Source of the DNA: Acinetobacter phage vB_AbaSI_3
Strand: one strand, 5' to 3'
Sequence record: PQ382034.1
Length of the DNA stretch: 64,000 nucleotides
The position numbers were made by a program, and so were the translations under genes. The notes below the pieces were generated by a model. The model did not search any database, had not been told where the DNA came from, and saw only the letters and a program-made list of their open reading frames with translations. Position 1 is the first letter of the stretch, and the number at the start of each line of letters is the position of its first letter. Positions 61,909-64,000 of this stretch are shown piece after piece.

Positions 61909-62523
61909 CTAAAAATAAAAAATATTCAATTTATTTTTAGTTACTGTGTTGACGTATTGATTAATGTAATACCCTTCAAATTTGGACTTGACGATAATTC
62001 CAGGATACACTAAGGAATCTTTATCGCTAAGCATATATGGTTTTATTAACCATCCTGATGGTTGTCTCTCGGTGTCAAATATGATAATTAGATCGGCTTG
62101 TGGTTGCTCTATAAATGGTCTCAGGTTTATGCCTGTGTTACCTTTAAATGGTCCTACATGTCCTGTGTTTACTGTTATGTATTTTGAAGCGGATTGATGA
62201 GTCTTAACTTCTATACGCATCCCGTAATATTCAGGACCAGCCAAAACATCGAATGCATATGTCCATGGGTCTTCTAAGTCTTCTTCGCCGTGCATAACAC
62301 GGCCATTTAACCATTCTGCGACATACTGCTCTGCCAATATAGCAATGACACAGCGTTCTGTGACTTGTTTTATATCAGTTTCGGAATTTTGACTCATTGC
62401 ATAACTTACGGTATCATGAACCTTTTCTCTAGATTCAGCAGATAGGTCGCTAATTGTCATCAATCGTGGTGGAATATTTGTCAACCGTACAAATGTTTTA
62501 TTATCTTTCATACAACGCCTCAA
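61909..62523 (-). CDS. Hypothetical protein with a PD-(D/E)XK-like motif, at the denB position
   Basis: 204 aa. AFDVLAG...RIEVKTH resembles the D...(E/D)xK motif of PD-(D/E)XK nucleases. Lies between ndd and rIIB, where T4 has denB. Confidence 0.35.
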   Translation of the reverse strand: MRRCMKDNKTFVRLTNIPPRLMTISDLSAESREKVHDTVSYAMSQNSETDIKQVTERCVIAILAEQYVAEWLNGRVMHGEEDLEDPWTYAFDVLAGPEYYGMRIEVKTHQSASKYITVNTGHVGPFKGNTGINLRPFIEQPQADLIIIFDTERQPSGWLIKPYMLSDKDSLVYPGIIVKSKFEGYYINQYVNTVTKNKLNIFYF

Positions 62524-62548
62524 AAGGGCCCGAAGGCCCTATGTTAGA
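62523..62548 (-). terminator. Terminator after rIIB (minus strand)
   Basis: gggcc-ttcg-ggccc UUCG-tetraloop hairpin followed by a T-run on the minus strand. The same 14-nt hairpin occurs after gp18 at 2991..3004. Confidence 0.65.
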
Positions 62549-62550
62549 AA

Positions 62551-63837
62551 TTAGAGTTTAGCTTCGCCAATAACAAGGTATTTGCATGTGCGCATTTTAG
62601 CGTTGTTGTAATCAACCGGGATTGATACTACATCTCGTGGATGCACTTTAACTCGAACCACTCGGTTACTAGAGCATGAAGCATACTGGCTTAGATATGA
62701 TTTAGAACAAACATGAAGGCCGTTTGAACAAGTTTGTTCATCATCTTCATTGACCATATTTCGAGGCATTTCTACCGTTTTGCCTGGGCTATTGTCCATA
62801 GTGTGTGAATAGATGTCGAAAAAGTCTGGACCGACCTTTTTCCATGCAATGAAATGGCCGTCTGCTGTAATTTCAATATCATTTGCCTGTAAGAAGTCAA
62901 ATAAACGTTTAACTGCACGTTCAGATGGATTGAGCATAAGATTTTCAAGGAACGGTAAATAAAACTCAAAATCTTCGCCGGCTTCCATAGAGGAAATAAT
63001 GCGAGATGTCAATCCGGAACGAATTTCGATACCTTTGTAAAACAATTGTCCATTACTAATTTCCACATTGCCTTTAGTGTATTTAGACACTGCACGTTCA
63101 GTATTAATCATATCGATTGCTTGTTCTACATCGCCATTGATTAATAACTGTAATGCATCTTTAAATTTAAGATGAGATGAATCGACATTAAACGTTTTAC
63201 GTCCTTTGACAATTGAAATAAATTTTGAAGATGCAGTCCATGTTGCAGATTCAGGTTCAGATGATGTAATTTTTCCATCAATAGATTTTGCTGTTTCTGA
63301 CTTTTGTTGAGGAGCTCGTTTTAGAATAAATTTTTGCCCTTCAGCGAATTTTTCTTTATGTTGGCGCTTCTTGATTTCTACTCCGATTTCCTCCAATTCC
63401 TCTTCGCTATGATGTTGAGGTGCACCTGTAATAATTACTTTACCGACTCGGATATGTTTCATGACACCTACATCATTTTCAAAGAATGACCAATTGTCAA
63501 ATGTTTCGTCATCAATTTCTTGCTCGTCATCGAGCAATTTACCAACATAAATGTCATTTGCATAGATGACACCGTCTTTTTTGTCACCAGTGATTTCTAA
63601 TTCAAATGCACAAAATTCATCTTTGATATAAAGCTGTGCAGATTCATCAGTCAATTTAAAAATTGACTTGGTGCCAGGAACTCGCGTGAATAATGAAAGT
63701 TGTTCAATATTTGCATTTTGGATACGGCGAACCGTATCAATAGAACAATTTAAACTTTCTGCAATAGCACGCTGTGTAACGCCTGAGGCACGTCCAATCA
63801 ATAATGATGAAATTTGCTCTTTAGACAATTTAGACAT
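62551..63837 (-). CDS. rIIB: rIIB membrane-integrity protector (enlarged)
   Basis: 428 aa. C-terminal two-thirds recalled match to T4 rIIB (FEFYxPFLENL, RLFDFL, SPGK..MPR, CS.GLHVCSKSY, VKVHPRDVVSIP.DYN.AKMRTC). About 115 aa are inserted after the N-terminal HTH. Confidence 0.85.
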   Translation of the reverse strand: MSKLSKEQISSLLIGRASGVTQRAIAESLNCSIDTVRRIQNANIEQLSLFTRVPGTKSIFKLTDESAQLYIKDEFCAFELEITGDKKDGVIYANDIYVGKLLDDEQEIDDETFDNWSFFENDVGVMKHIRVGKVIITGAPQHHSEEELEEIGVEIKKRQHKEKFAEGQKFILKRAPQQKSETAKSIDGKITSSEPESATWTASSKFISIVKGRKTFNVDSSHLKFKDALQLLINGDVEQAIDMINTERAVSKYTKGNVEISNGQLFYKGIEIRSGLTSRIISSMEAGEDFEFYLPFLENLMLNPSERAVKRLFDFLQANDIEITADGHFIAWKKVGPDFFDIYSHTMDNSPGKTVEMPRNMVNEDDEQTCSNGLHVCSKSYLSQYASCSSNRVVRVKVHPRDVVSIPVDYNNAKMRTCKYLVIGEAKL

Positions 63838-63898
63838 GAGACTTTCCTTTTAAGAAGATAAAACTATTATAAACAAATTTTGTGAAGCAGTAAACAGC

Positions 63899-64000
63899 TT
63901 ATTTAAATTCATACAACCACCATACATAAAGTATGACGATTGCAAGAATTAATGTTATTGCGACTACTGCCGATACCACTATGAATGATACTGGCATCAT
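63899..64000 (-). CDS. Small membrane peptide (33 aa; may extend beyond the window edge)
   Basis: Translated by hand: MMPVSFIVVSAVVAITLILAIVILYVWWLYEFK. The start codon sits exactly at the window end. Confidence 0.2.
   Translation of the reverse strand: MMPVSFIVVSAVVAITLILAIVILYVWWLYEFK

Overview
This window is a contiguous segment of a T4-like (Tevenvirinae-type) myovirus genome, AT-rich and densely packed with genes, in the canonical T4 order throughout. I could not see any tRNA, rRNA or CRISPR array.

Plus-strand structural block: partial gp17 large terminase, gp18 sheath, gp19 tube, gp20 portal, gp67, gp68, gp21 protease, gp22 scaffold, gp23 major capsid. Between gp23 and gp24 sits an inverted 476-aa ORF that looks like a free-standing homing endonuclease. 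After gp24 come hoc and inh on the minus strand, uvsW on the plus strand, and a run of small Cys-rich minus-strand ORFs where uvsY would be expected. Then gp25 and gp26 (minus) and the baseplate hub block gp51-gp27-gp28-gp29-gp48-gp54 (plus). gp27 carries an extra C-terminal papain-like (CHAP/NlpC-P60-type) Cys/His domain that T4 gp27 lacks.

A head-packaged Alt-like ADP-ribosyltransferase follows. The long minus-strand early/middle block after it holds DNA ligase gp30, an HAD phosphatase, a NADAR hydrolase, unknown ORFs, an rIII-like ORF, gp31, cd, a Nudix hydrolase, pseT, an alc-like ORF, rnlA, nrdB, nrdA, a DUF4326-like ORF, td, frd, three unknown ORFs, gp32, gp59, gp33, dsbA and rnh. Next are the long tail fibre genes gp34-gp35-gp36-gp37 with no gp38 and a 1427-aa gp37, then holin t, asiA, motA, gp52, ac, ndd, a PD-(D/E)XK-like ORF in the denB position, and an enlarged rIIB.

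Many rho-independent terminators and T4-type late promoters (TATAAATA) are visible. The most noteworthy non-coding signal is a roughly 62-bp near-identical repeat, found twice about 31 kb apart, each carrying a minus-strand sigma70-like promoter plus a conserved leader. Other items worth follow-up are a possible late-promoter-driven small RNA in the nrdB-rnlA spacer, a shared C-terminal module between Hoc and Inh, and an Alt / NADAR / HAD cluster flanking the ligase.
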